Shown here: positions 38,345 to 53,010 of the stretch, piece by piece
Position numbering within the stretch: position 1 is the stretch's first letter
Layout: each line of letters opens with the position of its first letter
Origin: Eledone cirrhosa
Lineage: Eukaryota
Assembly: GCA_964016885.1 (NCBI GenBank)
Contig: OZ024743.1
Location: 31,744,001 to 31,808,000 of the forward strand
DNA length: 64,000 bases
Direction: 5' to 3'
The notes under the pieces: model-generated
Database searches by the model: none
Seen by the model: only the letters and a program-made list of their open reading frames with translations
Told to the model about the DNA's origin: nothing
Position numbers and translations under genes: made by a program

Positions 38345-38506
38345 TTCTTTGTAATTTTATTTTATTTTCAACCTAAAAAGTTTTCGGACTTTCGCAGTTT
38401 TCTCCCTTACACCTCTCGCACGCAGTCTAGTATTGCCTGTGTGAAGTGACCGGGATTCTGCGCATGCGCGTTCGTACGGTTGTCCTTCCTGTTCCTATAA
38501 CCATGT

Positions 38507-38556
38507 CCATCTCGAGCTGAAGATCCGCTAAGGTGAAACAATTGTTCTCGGTATGG
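38507..38556 (+). ncRNA. Type I minimal hammerhead ribozyme in the PLE 3' UTR
   Basis: CCATCTCGAG-CTGAAGA-TCCGCTAAGGT-GAAAC-AATT-GTT-CTCGGTATGG. Stem I pairs at 9 of 10 positions, and stem III contains the palindrome AACAATTGTT. Confidence 0.8.
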
Positions 38557-38714
38557 TGAACTAACTGTTGTGTAACCACTTCTACCTAACTCGTCCCTTG
38601 AACTGAGTGCTCTGCCACTACGGATATTACCTTCCAGTGTTCCACCACTATATATATATATATATGTATATTTATGTGTATATTTATATATATACACACA
38701 TATATATATACATA

Positions 38715-38783
<69 letters not shown>

Positions 38784-39011
38784 CTATACTTGGGGAGGGT
38801 CATATAGTCGTAATGATATTCCCAGATTTAATAACAGTACACACTCACTTTTACGTTGGTTTTCCCTTCTGTATCTTTTATATCAGTTAATTTATTCGGT
38901 CCTCAATGATTGACCAACGGTCAAAAACACAAATAATATAGACACAAACATATATATAGTCTAACAAAGTTATATATAGTAATAATATATATATAGTAAT
39001 AATAAAAAATA

Positions 39012-39117
39012 ATTGATTCTACTTTAGGCACAAGGCCAGCAAATACACAGTGCATTACTGGTACTTTATGTTATCGACCCCGTAAGGATGAAAGGCAAAG
39101 TAAACCTCGGCGGGATT
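39012..39117 (-). mobile_element. 5'-truncated SINE family 1
   Basis: Tail and core match the family. Confidence 0.85.
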
Positions 39118-39269
39118 AATATATGTATATATATATATATATATTATTATTATTATTATTAGAAATGTAAGCTATTGCCGTATTTTGACTAAAGAAATTA
39201 AAGAAATTATTTAAAAACCCTCGGAAAATGGAAAAAGTTGAGTATTGACGTACAGTGGAGTCGAAAACA

Positions 39270-39369
39270 CATCTTTGGTTATCTGGACCACTGTGCTACC
39301 ATTTAAACCAACACATCACATGATGTGGTGGTGTAAATTGTATTACAGTGGTCCGGATAACCAAAGATG
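39270..39369. repeat. ~100-nt hairpin
   Basis: CATCTTTGGTTATC(T)GGACCACTGT pairs with ACAGTGGTCC(G)GATAACCAAAGATG. Confidence 0.9.
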
Positions 39370-39370
39370 T

Positions 39371-41345
<1,975 letters not shown>

Positions 41346-41863
41346 AGGTGTGTGTGTGTGTGTATTGGAAGATAATTCTATTAGTAGATATGGAGGAGGG
41401 AGTTGTGTGTGTATATGGGTGTTATGCGTGTGTGGGGGAGTATGTTAAGATAGAGAGAATATATATTTTGTGTGTGTGTATATATGTGTGCAGGAAAGTG
41501 ATTCTATTAGTAGAAATGGGTGAGGCAGTTGTGTGTGGGGGGTGTGGGTTGTTATGTTTGTGTATGGGTATTATGTGTGTGGGAGTATGGTTAGCATATG
41601 TTATGTTTTTGGTTGTATGGAACAGAATATATATATATTGTGTGTGTGTGTGTGTGTGTAGGAAAATGATTCCTTTAGTAGGAATATTTTTGAATGAACA
41701 TATTTTCCTTACTTATTCGTATTTGTTCTGTTGTATTGCCAGTGCAAACTTATGTTAAGGTTTATTTAGTTCGGGTTTTTATTTTCTAAAGTAGCAGGTG
41801 TTATGTGTGTGTGTATGTGTCTGTTTGGATGGTTAGAATGTTATGGCGTTGAAATAATGTATA

Positions 41864-42510
41864 TTAAACCATATTTAATGGTGGTCTATATTTTTGAAAA
41901 AACATATTTTCCTTATTTATTCGTATTTGTTCTGTTGTATTGTTAGCGCAAAGGTAAAATGGGAAGACTTGGAATTTGGGTGTCTTATTACTTGCGTATA
42001 TGTCTAGATGTGCGCTTAGTGGTATCTCTCTCGCGGTTGGATCTCGTAATTGTTGGCGATGAACTCTCATTCTGTTTCTGAGTGTGAGTTTAGTTTGTCC
42101 TATATAATCTTCATTGCATCCTTTACATTTAATGGCATAAAGTAGAATTTTTTATGAGCAAGTGAAGTGATTTTGTACAGTAAAATGTTGTCCTGCTTTA
42201 AATGTATACGTGTTGCCTTCAATGAGGTGAGTGCAGGTTCCACAATTAGAGCGACCACATTTTTTGACAGTTGGTTGTGGGTTTGTGGTAGGTAATTTGG
42301 CATTGGTGAGTAATGTTTTTCAGTGATTTCGGTTGTCTTTTGCTTTTGATTATTTTGTGTGTTTCAAGTGCTTTTTTCATTCTTGGGTTTCGTTTTAATA
42401 GTGGGATTTTCTTGTGAATAGTGTTGTAGGCTTCCGCATTTCTTGGGTAGTTTGTTGAGATATACGATAGAATATTGGACGTACCTTGAATTTGTTTCTG
42501 TTTGAAGAAC
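41864..42510 (-). mobile_element. Neptune-like PLE linker and GIY-YIG fragment, same family as 270-785
   Basis: LETHKIIKSKRQPKSLK, KCGRSNCGTC, YIGQT and RMRVHRQQLRD..IPLSAH, with frameshifts and a stop. Confidence 0.9.
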
Positions 42511-42674
42511 TTTGTAACGCGAACTGGCGCGAAATTTATTATAATTATTGACCAACCAATCAAATTACTTCTCTAAAAACCTGGTATTTCGAGCCACCTT
42601 TTCCATAAAAAACAAGTAACATTCAGAGACCAACCAGATGTGAGAAAAACCACGGATCCTCCATCTCAACTCTA

Positions 42675-42711
42675 CTTTTGAAAAGCAGAAGAACTGCGAA
42701 ACCGGTAAAAG
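42675..42711 (+). ncRNA. Minimal hammerhead with U3:A8 core in the inverted segment 5' of the PLE
   Basis: TTGAAAA-GCAG-AAGAA-CTGC-GAAAC-CG-GTA. Confidence 0.62.
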
Positions 42712-42731
42712 AAACAACTAAATATATATAT

Positions 42732-42761
<30 letters not shown>

Positions 42762-42763
<2 letters not shown>

Positions 42764-43135
42764 GGTGGCTGCCAACTCGTTTTCGAGTACGGCCACCACT
42801 TTATATCCATGTAGGAGAACCCCTACCGATGCACTCTGGCACAAACACTACACTTGTGACAAGTATTGACACAGTGCTGAGCCCATAGTACCATGTGACA
42901 ACAAGTGCAGAGCGATCTCCAGATATAAAGCAATGCCTGTGCCGTGAAGCTTTTATAGTGAGCAAAGGCACTGCACAAAGCCAGTCCCACTCTCTTAACC
43001 AAGATGATATTTACCAAAAAGAAGAACAAGTCAACATCATTGGATACCATCAGAGTTGCAGGTGTTATATCAGAGTTTTCCATCTCCTAGAATTCTGCCT
43101 TGACAAAGGCTAAGGGGTCATCTCTCCCGTGATGA
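42762..43135. repeat. Old dispersed repeat, homologous to 48120-48430 (unclassified, possibly LINE 5' UTR or SINE)
   Basis: Shared collinear blocks TGGCTGC.AACTC, AAGCAATGCCTGTG, CCACTCTCT, GTCAACAT and TCAGAGTTT.C..TCTCCTAGAA. Confidence 0.7.
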
Positions 43136-43148
43136 CCCCTTATATCTC

Positions 43149-43189
<41 letters not shown>

Positions 43190-43339
43190 ACTATTATTGA
43201 GTTCTCTTTGGATTTTGTCTTTGTATTCATTATTCCTTCATTATCCATACATATCTTTACAGATACACACACTCACACACACATACTCAAAAATGTGTAA
43301 AGATATTTATGTAGATACATGCCTGTAAAGTTATTTATG

Positions 43340-43421
<82 letters not shown>

Positions 43422-43933
43422 TATATATATATACATACATACATACATGTATCGAAGTAATAATGAAGACAAAACCCAAAGAAGTCTCAATAACAGTTGA
43501 ATATATATATCTGATACACAAAATTCATCTACATGTATATCATGTATATATAAATAAATAAATAAATAAAAGAAAATATATATATATGCATTTATGGTTG
43601 TGTGGAAGGTGAACGAAAATGATAAGGGACGATATGAACTGTGAATTCATTGAGAACCCCTAGAGTTGAAGCAGATATCCTGAAATAGTGATGATAAAAT
43701 GCAAATTTGTATTCGATCGTATCTGAAATTAGATCACTCAGCGTCGGAAAAATCGTTGCATTTAATGCAATGCTCTAACCACACTCATACACAGAAATAT
43801 ACACACACATATATATATATACATATATATATGTGATTTAATGTGTCTAGAGATAACACACACACACACCCATATATATATAAACTAACACACAGACACA
43901 CGCACTCATACACACACAGACAAAAATACACGT

Positions 43934-43985
<52 letters not shown>

Positions 43986-46900
43986 GTGTGTGTGTATGTG
44001 TGTATGTGTGTGTGCGGATGTGTGTGTGTGTATGTGGGTACGTGTGTTTTTGTCTCTGTGTGTATGAGTGCGTGTGTCTGTGTGTTAGTTTGTATTCAAA
44101 AACAAAATTGACGCTTTTTATTTATAGGAAATAGAACATTCATCTAGATGTGTGAATATGTACGAATATCCCAGAATGTATATATTCATTACTGTACGAT
44201 GGCAAAAGTTCAGAGTTCTGATACTATAGACAATTTTCTATGTCTGTCGCCAAACGAAACATTATTCACAGTCAATGTTTAAAAGTATTTCACACTAAAT
44301 TCTGAAGTAATTTCAAAGCCGCCTACTTTCGTAAGCATTTGAATTAATATTAATCTGCTTTTTACCAATCCTACACATTTTTGAATCATTTGAACTACCT
44401 TTCAATGCAGCCATTGATTCGTACATACATCACTGCGATAGATTTTTAAGAAGATTAATGCTGTAATTAACCAACTTATATTTTATAGAAAAACATTTAT
44501 TTCTGGATAAATCGTTAACACTCCTTTTATAACGTCTTATAGACACACATGTATCTACGAATCCAACTGGCAACAAGTGACACGTAGTGCATATGTGCTT
44601 GCTTTCTCTACATATTTCAACCAACATTATAGAGCTGGGTGACAAATGAATGCAGCATGTATCAGCTGCTCTCACATCTTAAATTTCTATATTCTGTTTA
44701 AATTCTAATTCCCAAACTCAATGAGTAAATGATCATCAATGAGATTTTACGCGCACTTTGTATCTAAATCAGATTCATATTTTCTAACCACAAAGCCTTT
44801 GAAAGAATTTATTGCTGAATCTTATCAACTGCAGTTCGTCTCATAAATTTATCAATGACATCTTACAACTCAACCTTTAATCTTCTGTTCTTACAAATAA
44901 AACATCTATTTTTAAACCATCTATCTTGCCGTCCATCAGTACAATCGTTTGACATTTCAAATCCAAACGCAAAACCAAATCCTTCAAACATATATACATT
45001 CGTGAATATCAATATACAGATTATAACTTTGACAGTGGGGTTTAATGTGTCACACGAAGTCTACAGGTATTATATAGGAATCGTTTATGCGCTCACAAGT
45101 TTACATACAATTTTAATAAAATATTGAAAAAATATATCATGCATATATATGTGTTTGTGCGTGTGTGTGTGTGCGCGCATGTGTGTGTGTGTGTAATCGT
45201 GTGGTTGTGCGTGGTTATGTACATGTATATAATTATGAGGATGTATATTTGACCTACAAGTTTATGCTGTGTATTTTGTCAATTGTGCCAATCTTTAAAA
45301 TTAGTTTCATTTATGAATCTAATATCAGCTCTGTTGAATCTCATAAAGATTCCTTTAGAAGAAACGGCAGGACATATACGCCTTTTGTATGTAACAAGAC
45401 AAGGAATACAGATATATTTGAATCATGAAAGAGCATGATGTTTAATTCCACGGACAGTGCCAAATACATTGCTCGTTTTGGGGAGAGTGGGATCTTACTA
45501 ATTAGCTGAATGGATATAGCATTCTGATAAGCTAGGATGTATATATGCATACTGACATTTCTGTGCACGGTCTCATGTGTTTACCATTAATTTAATATAG
45601 AACACCGAGCGTCCATTAGTTTCGGATCCTAAAATGTATAACTATTCCCGGTCAGTTGTGGTTATCTGGTATATGTTATGTATCAAATGAAGAGATAATT
45701 TAAATATAATTTCCAAATGAGTAACAAATTATACATTTTGCAGTTATATTTTCATTCCTCTCTGTTACTATTTAATGTGAGAATAAGTAAAAGTTTCCCA
45801 CATTACGATGTTTCTGAGTTCTTATATGTTTATGTTGCATTTATGTATGTTCAATAAACACAATAAAGGGCAAAGGGAGTGATAATCGTCATGGGTGGGT
45901 TTGTAGTTAAAGCTGATGCAGATAACTTGCTTTCATGATATTATTAGTATACGGAGAAAACCTAATATTAGTTAGTTTGGAAAGCAGAGCTTAGTGATGA
46001 GGGTCAAGGTAGTTATATAAGTGGACGGGTGTGGGAGAATTAAGGATAAGAACCTTCATCTCGTCGTATCTCTCAAATATAAGACATCATTCTCCATTTG
46101 CATTAAATAATATTGAAAGTCACAAGAAAAGGAAAAAGCTTCAGGATTGTAGAAATTCAACTATTTCTGATGTGTGGAAATATGCTATTTACTTGAAAGA
46201 ATATGAACTAGAGGATCTATTTGACATCTCCGTGGGTGAGGGGAACAGATTAGTGAAGGTATATGCGATCGTTTTCTTTTCTTCCTGTTTCTATATCTTT
46301 TGTCATCGCCTTACATACTAAATCCAATACTATAGCGTCGGGCTGCTATTTTTAAAACATCAATTTTAACTGTTAATATATCAAACACTTTTGAAAGTTG
46401 TGTATTCTTTGTTGAAACCATAGCACTGGACTTAATATACTTCCCTCGGGAAGTAAATGAAGGGCTTGAAAAAATATATGGTAATATAGATTTCATATTT
46501 ATATTTATATTTATATTTATATTATACCGTTAATTGCTTGATGTAAAATGACAAAGCAATGTTTCGAGTATAAATTCAAGTATATATTACGCAGAATATT
46601 TGAACACAAAAACACTAACGATATAATATTATATTGTCAGCTAATTGGCCATTCTTAAATGTGATTGTTGATAGTTACCTGATGAAAACAAAATGGGATA
46701 TTCATGTTGCTTATGTGTAGAACGTATTTTAAAGTTTTGCTGAGAGGAAATTACTTGTTTAGCACAAATATATATAAGTATGTCGAATGACATCTTAAAA
46801 ATCTCTATATGTGCTTCGTTTCGCAATCTAATAGGTTTTTCCTTATTTCGTTGTTTTGTGTTTGTTAGTTATAATTTTAGAGTTTCATTATACTTGTCCA

Positions 46901-47769
46901 GTATGATTAAGATTGCAGACATTTCTAATTAACAGAAAATATACTTTTACACCTATCAATCAAAACATGAAGCAAAATTAAACTTTTATATTATTTGTTT
47001 GAAATTGAAGTTTGACACCTCTATTGATACTATGTTATTTTTTCACCATTTATTCTGATTTATCTCTATGTTGCTGAAACAACCTAATCATTCCTATGTT
47101 CTAAATACATTGCTTCTATACACAAATTAGTTCCATTTTAGTTGTGTACATGCACACGCACACGCGCATATATATATATAGTATAGAACTACCTACATGT
47201 TCAACAACGTCACAATCGAGGAGGGCGCCTATATGCGGTCACTCAACTTGCTAGAGTTAGTAGCCACGTCATCATTGCATCGAACACTACTGAGGTGAAA
47301 GAGTAATTTGTATAACGAGACGCATGGTATCTAAAGGTATCCACCCCTGCTAACACAATAACGATATGTACACCGTCAAAATTATCTCTGCAGTAAAACC
47401 CATAACAAATAGAGAAGTGTTTAGCATTTATTCCAATGCCTCTCGAACAAGGAATAAGTTGATTGGGCTTATATAACTAACAGAAAAAAGACACTGAAAT
47501 CAAATGTTACTATTGTGTAAAAACAGGAGAACGTTTTGGCCATAAAATTCTACAAAGTTCTACAAAGAATGTGTGTGAAACAAAAGAAGGAATGTCAACA
47601 ACTGTACTACACTTTCTCTTAGACCTTCTTGACCAATGCTGACCGTGACGCAATGCGAAGAAATGTGTAAAACCTTCTAGAGTCTATGAGCTTTCTCGGT
47701 GTCCAATGTGTTAAACTATCGTCAGCTACTAGTTGCATTTGGTGCTAGTCGGACTAGTAAACTACCAGA

Positions 47770-47890
47770 GTTGCCACCGGGAGTTTCTGAGTTCGATTAT
47801 AGGGCCGGGTGATGCGTTGTGTTTTTCAGCAATACACTTTAGTTCACGTTGCTCCATTTTGCTCAGCTGAATAAGTGATTTTCGAGGTCA
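47770..47890 (+). mobile_element. SINE family 2, decayed copy
   Basis: GAGTTCGATT..GGGTGATGCGTTGTGT..CACGTTGCTCCA..TCAGCTG. Confidence 0.72.
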
Positions 47891-48551
47891 CAGGTGACAA
47901 GGTGTATCGATCAATGCCTTTCTCCTCTACAACATCTGTGAGATGGAGAGGCGAGAGGGGTATCATAGGCGACTGGTGGTCTTCCACACACAACTTTGCA
48001 TAGAATTGTGCCTCGGAGAGGAATTTCTATGTATAAATTTCATGTTCATTAGTGCATGAAGGGAGTTCTTTAAACTTAAATCTATAAGTATATACATATA
48101 TATACATAATTATACATACATGATGGCTGCAAACTCTGCTAAGAGTATTGCAATCGCTTGTCAGATTACAGAAAATGGCGCACCTTTAGACTACGGCCAG
48201 ACACACAAATCTGTAACAGATCTTGAACAAGCAATGCCTGTGTTTTGAAGGGTTTTATGTGGGGAAAGGCTTTGCAGTCGACCAATACCACTCTCTGTAT
48301 AACGAAAACACTACCCGAAGAGGAGAACTGGTCAACATAATCGGATGCTACCGAAGCCGCATGTTTTTTTCAGAGTTTCCCTCTCCTAGAAAGGTGTTGT
48401 GACAACAACTGGTGACCTTTTACTCCCAGGTGAAAATAAACTGCTATTTGGATGGCCATTGACTCTACTGTGTACCTCCGCCCTTTGCCGGGTCTTGTAT
48501 TTATCCCGCAGGTTTTCCAAATATCAACAAATATATATACTCCACACACAC

Positions 48552-48594
<43 letters not shown>

Positions 48595-48610
48595 TATATA
48601 TATATATAAT

Positions 48611-48792
48611 AATTGTTTCTACTTTAGGCACAATGCCAGCAATTACCCAGTACATTACTGGTACCTTATTTTATCGACCCCATAAGGATGAAAGGCAAAG
48701 TTAACCTCGGCGGGATTTGAACTCAGACTGCAAAGGGACGTAACTATGCTTCAAAGCATGGCGTCCGACCCTCTACCGATACTGCCAATCCA
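48611..48792 (-). mobile_element. SINE family 1
   Basis: Full match to the family. Confidence 0.92.
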
Positions 48793-49311
48793 AAAGTAGA
48801 AACAATTATTATATATATATATTCTATATATATATATATATTATATTATATTAATATATAGTGAGATGGCTGCAGCTAAATTCTAAGGTCCTTTCGTATT
48901 GCTAAATATCTTTGTCACCTTAAGAGACTGACAGGTAGACGCGTTATATTTAAGATACAAAAAAGAATGGGTCGTGAAGCCACATTAAGCTCGGTAACCA
49001 ATTGAGAATCATCCTGTACGTAAGTATGTTTGTGTGCGTGACCGTGCATTTGTAAACAAACAGTCACACCCACTCATAAACCAACACGCGCACGAACACT
49101 CATAGACAGAAAAACAATTTCTAATCCATATCTGTACCCGTTTCCCCAATGATCGAAACTCCAGTTAAACTGTTCAATATTTTTTGAATCTACAATTAAG
49201 CTATGTTTACAGGTTTAAACATATAATCATCTCGCAGCTTTCGTTGAAAACCTGTTTGTACAGATATGAAATTGTAGTAAACATCATTTATTTATATATA
49301 TACATACATAA

Positions 49312-49367
<56 letters not shown>

Positions 49368-49521
49368 AGGGGATGAGTGTAAGTGTGTGTAAATCCAATA
49401 TATTGAGTGCGAAGTTTTGTTGTATCGGATAATTTTTGCCTCTTTTGTTGCAATATCACGTCTGTTACATCATTAATTAATATCATGAAAAAAGACCATG
49501 AAAGCTATTCATTATAATATC

Positions 49522-50085
49522 TGGGCGGTAGTTTGGCAGTATTGGTAGTGAGTCGAATATGTTTTTTAGCATATAGTTACGCCCCTTTACCTTCTATGTT
49601 CTAATACTGCGTTTCATCCTAACTGAGTCGATAAAATAATTGTTTCTAATTTTGGCACAAGGCCAGCAATTATCCCACTGTATTACTGGTATTTTATTTT
49701 ATCGACCCCGTAAGGATGAAATGCTAAGTTAACCTCGGCGTGATTTGAACTTATACTATAAAGGGTCGTAACTCTTTGCGGCAAAGCATGGCGTCCGAAC
49801 CGCTGCCGATAATGCCATGTACCAGTAACGCACCTGGTTGAACGTAATCAACTTTCATTTCCCTCAAAATTGTTGGTCATCGATAGTCTCCATCGGTAGA
49901 GCACCGGATAACATGCCTTGCGGCGTATATATAATCTAAGTTTAAATTTCACCCAGATTTGCTCCTCTTTTGCTCCTTACGGAGTTTATAAAATAAATTA
50001 CAAGTAAAGCACTCGGGTAGATTTAATCGGCTCTCCCTTCTCCTTCAAAATTGCTGGCCTTGTGACAAATGTAGAAAGAATTATT
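49522..50085. mobile_element. Nested SINEs: minus-strand copy 49640-49817 inside an older plus-strand copy, followed by another old copy at ~49890-50085
   Basis: The old copy breaks at GTCGATAAAATAA and resumes at GTACCAGTAACGCAC. Confidence 0.82.
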
Positions 50086-50447
50086 GTAACACTTCTTTAA
50101 ATAACAGAAAACTTGTAATACGAGAATGTTTATTTATCGTATAGATTGCCACATCTATTATATAATCTTACTGGAAAATAACTCCAATTATATACGTAAC
50201 ACAACAACGTGTGTCATCTTTTATCTCTTTTAGGCCATCTGCTCAATGTTTTATATATAATAGTGAAAGCCTTTGCAAATCGAAGTCTATCAGAGAAAAA
50301 TAGTAGATACTAGATTACCCTTGACTCGTTCAGTTACGTTCACTTAAACATATATTTTTTGAAAATCATGTTCACTTAAAAATAATGTTTAAATAACTAA
50401 AATATACGCATACATGTTTATAATGTAAAATGAAATTGGAAGGCCCC

Positions 50448-50563
<116 letters not shown>

Positions 50564-50831
50564 GTATATATATATATATGTATGTATGTGGGTGCATTGT
50601 AACCTATATACACTAGTCACAGACACACATATACATATACACACATATACACACAAACATAGAACCCCTTCCGATTTAGCCGGAAATATTCGCTACACAC
50701 CTCCTATCCTAACACAAGTTATATGATATATTTCATTTAATATTCAGTCACCAAATCCGTGCTAGATACAGTAATTTTGTATTCGATTCTCTGAAGTCAC
50801 TTCTTATAATTTCTTTCAACATCACCACCAG

Positions 50832-50941
<110 letters not shown>

Positions 50942-52088
50942 TCCATTTTCTTTCTATGTCTCCTGCTCTATCTATATATGTCTCTATTTTAATCTACTCT
51001 CTCACAACCACAATCACTTTATCTCTATCTTCTCTCTCTCTCTCTTTATTCATGAAGGTACCCGAAAAATCCCCATATCTTGGAAGCCCGTGCTCCGATT
51101 TACGCGAATCTTGTTTTATTCCAGGTGTATTCCCATGTCTGTGGCAAATTTCTTTCAAACTATTTTCCCATTATGCGCCGTTTTGGGTGTGTTAAATTAC
51201 AAACAAGCACACAATCACAGAGTATTTGTAGTAAATAAATTGTAAATCTATCCATACTATAAGTGAAAAACATATAAAAGCACAGGTGATTATGTTATAA
51301 TATGTTGATGATAGGTTTGTACGATCAAGGGCTGATCTATTGCTGACCTCATCCAAAGAAACTGCAATAATGTGTCGATTGATCATTTTCTAAGTGGTCA
51401 CACATCATTTTAAAAATTGTTTGAATATTACACTTGAAATGAACGCTAGATTCATAGAGAAGTATGTGTATGTAACTTTACGCCTATATTTATGATCTCT
51501 TCCTATTGTCATTAGTGAAGCCCGAGGTCTATGTACAAGCCTATGACTTTTATCGGAAAAAAGAGAGACGTCTGTAAGTTCCTAATACATTTCCAGCATT
51601 TACACGGAAGCTCAATGTTATTTCTAGACATATTGCCAACCAGAGTCTAATTAACTCTGCGTACTCACAAATGATAGCAGTTGGCTCCCCAGAGTTCATA
51701 AGCCCTTTGATGGGTTTTGATTTTAATCCCACTGTATATCCAAAAATCCCCTCCCTAATTAAGCAGGCGTGGCAGGGTTACTGGTTTATTCACTGACTAC
51801 CCAACTATTTGAATGGTTGTACCGGTTTACATGTTGCCAGTAGCGCATGACAGCAACCTAATCATAAACCTACATTTAATTATTGTAAAGACATTCCTGT
51901 GTTAACAGTGGATAAAAAACGGGAGAATCACAGTTGGAAAGTCTTTAACTACATGTCGAGTTAATCAGAAACTAATCTCAGATAAAGGATCAATAACAAC
52001 AACAACAACTTTAAAGACAGTGATGAGAACAAAAGTCAAACACCAACAATGACGTCAGCAATGATTTTGTTTTATATTTATTAGAAAT

Positions 52089-52197
52089 AATTGTTTCTAC
52101 TTTTGGTACAAGGCCAGCAATTATCCCAGTGTATTACTGGTACTTTATTTTATCGACCCCGTAAGGATGAAAGGCAAAGTTAACCCCGGTGGGATGT
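52089..52197 (-). mobile_element. 5'-truncated SINE family 1
   Basis: Tail and core match the family. Confidence 0.87.
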
Positions 52198-52595
52198 AAA
52201 TATTTAAGATTGTAGATAGCCTACGTTTAGGAATCAGAGATAATCGGTGGGGGGAAATATCTCTCTAACGATATACACTGCAATGCTAAATCTTATAGAA
52301 TAAGAATATCTTCATTAATATTATCAGTTATAAGAGTAAAGACTATCAAGTATTTCCTCACGCTTCACTTATTTATTGATTAAGATGTTTCGCATCAATA
52401 CTTTTAATAGATTTTTCAACACGTAATAAGGAACTGCAATTCCTGGCTATACGATTTATTGTTTCCTTTAAGTGTATGTAATACGTCATGTATTAATAAT
52501 ATTTGTCTCGGTTTTCTACGTATCACTGTTGCTTAAGTCATTATTTTCATCTTATTTTCGTTGGAACAATGGTTTGCTTTACACACACACACGCG

Positions 52596-52653
<58 letters not shown>

Positions 52654-52940
52654 GTCTCACATACACACACACACAGACACAAAATATTATTTCCATTGAT
52701 TTTCAAATTTCTTTAAAAATTACTAAAAAATGGAAATCTACCAGTGTATGTGTGTAAGTTTACATTTATATATTATTATTTTGATACCAAGAGTTACATT
52801 ATGCTGGCGCTGCAAATCATATAGTTATGCGGTTTAAGTTGGGAGGCCGTAACACGATAATATCTGTGCGTGTGTGTGTGTAAGAAAGAGGGCTGGGTGG
52901 TTGAGTTGGGGGTGATTTATCTCTCTCTCTCTCTCTCTCT

Positions 52941-53010
<70 letters not shown>

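Noticed and set aside
46031-46321. ORF faintly resembling an LTR-retrotransposon linker
   Set aside because: No diagnostic motif.
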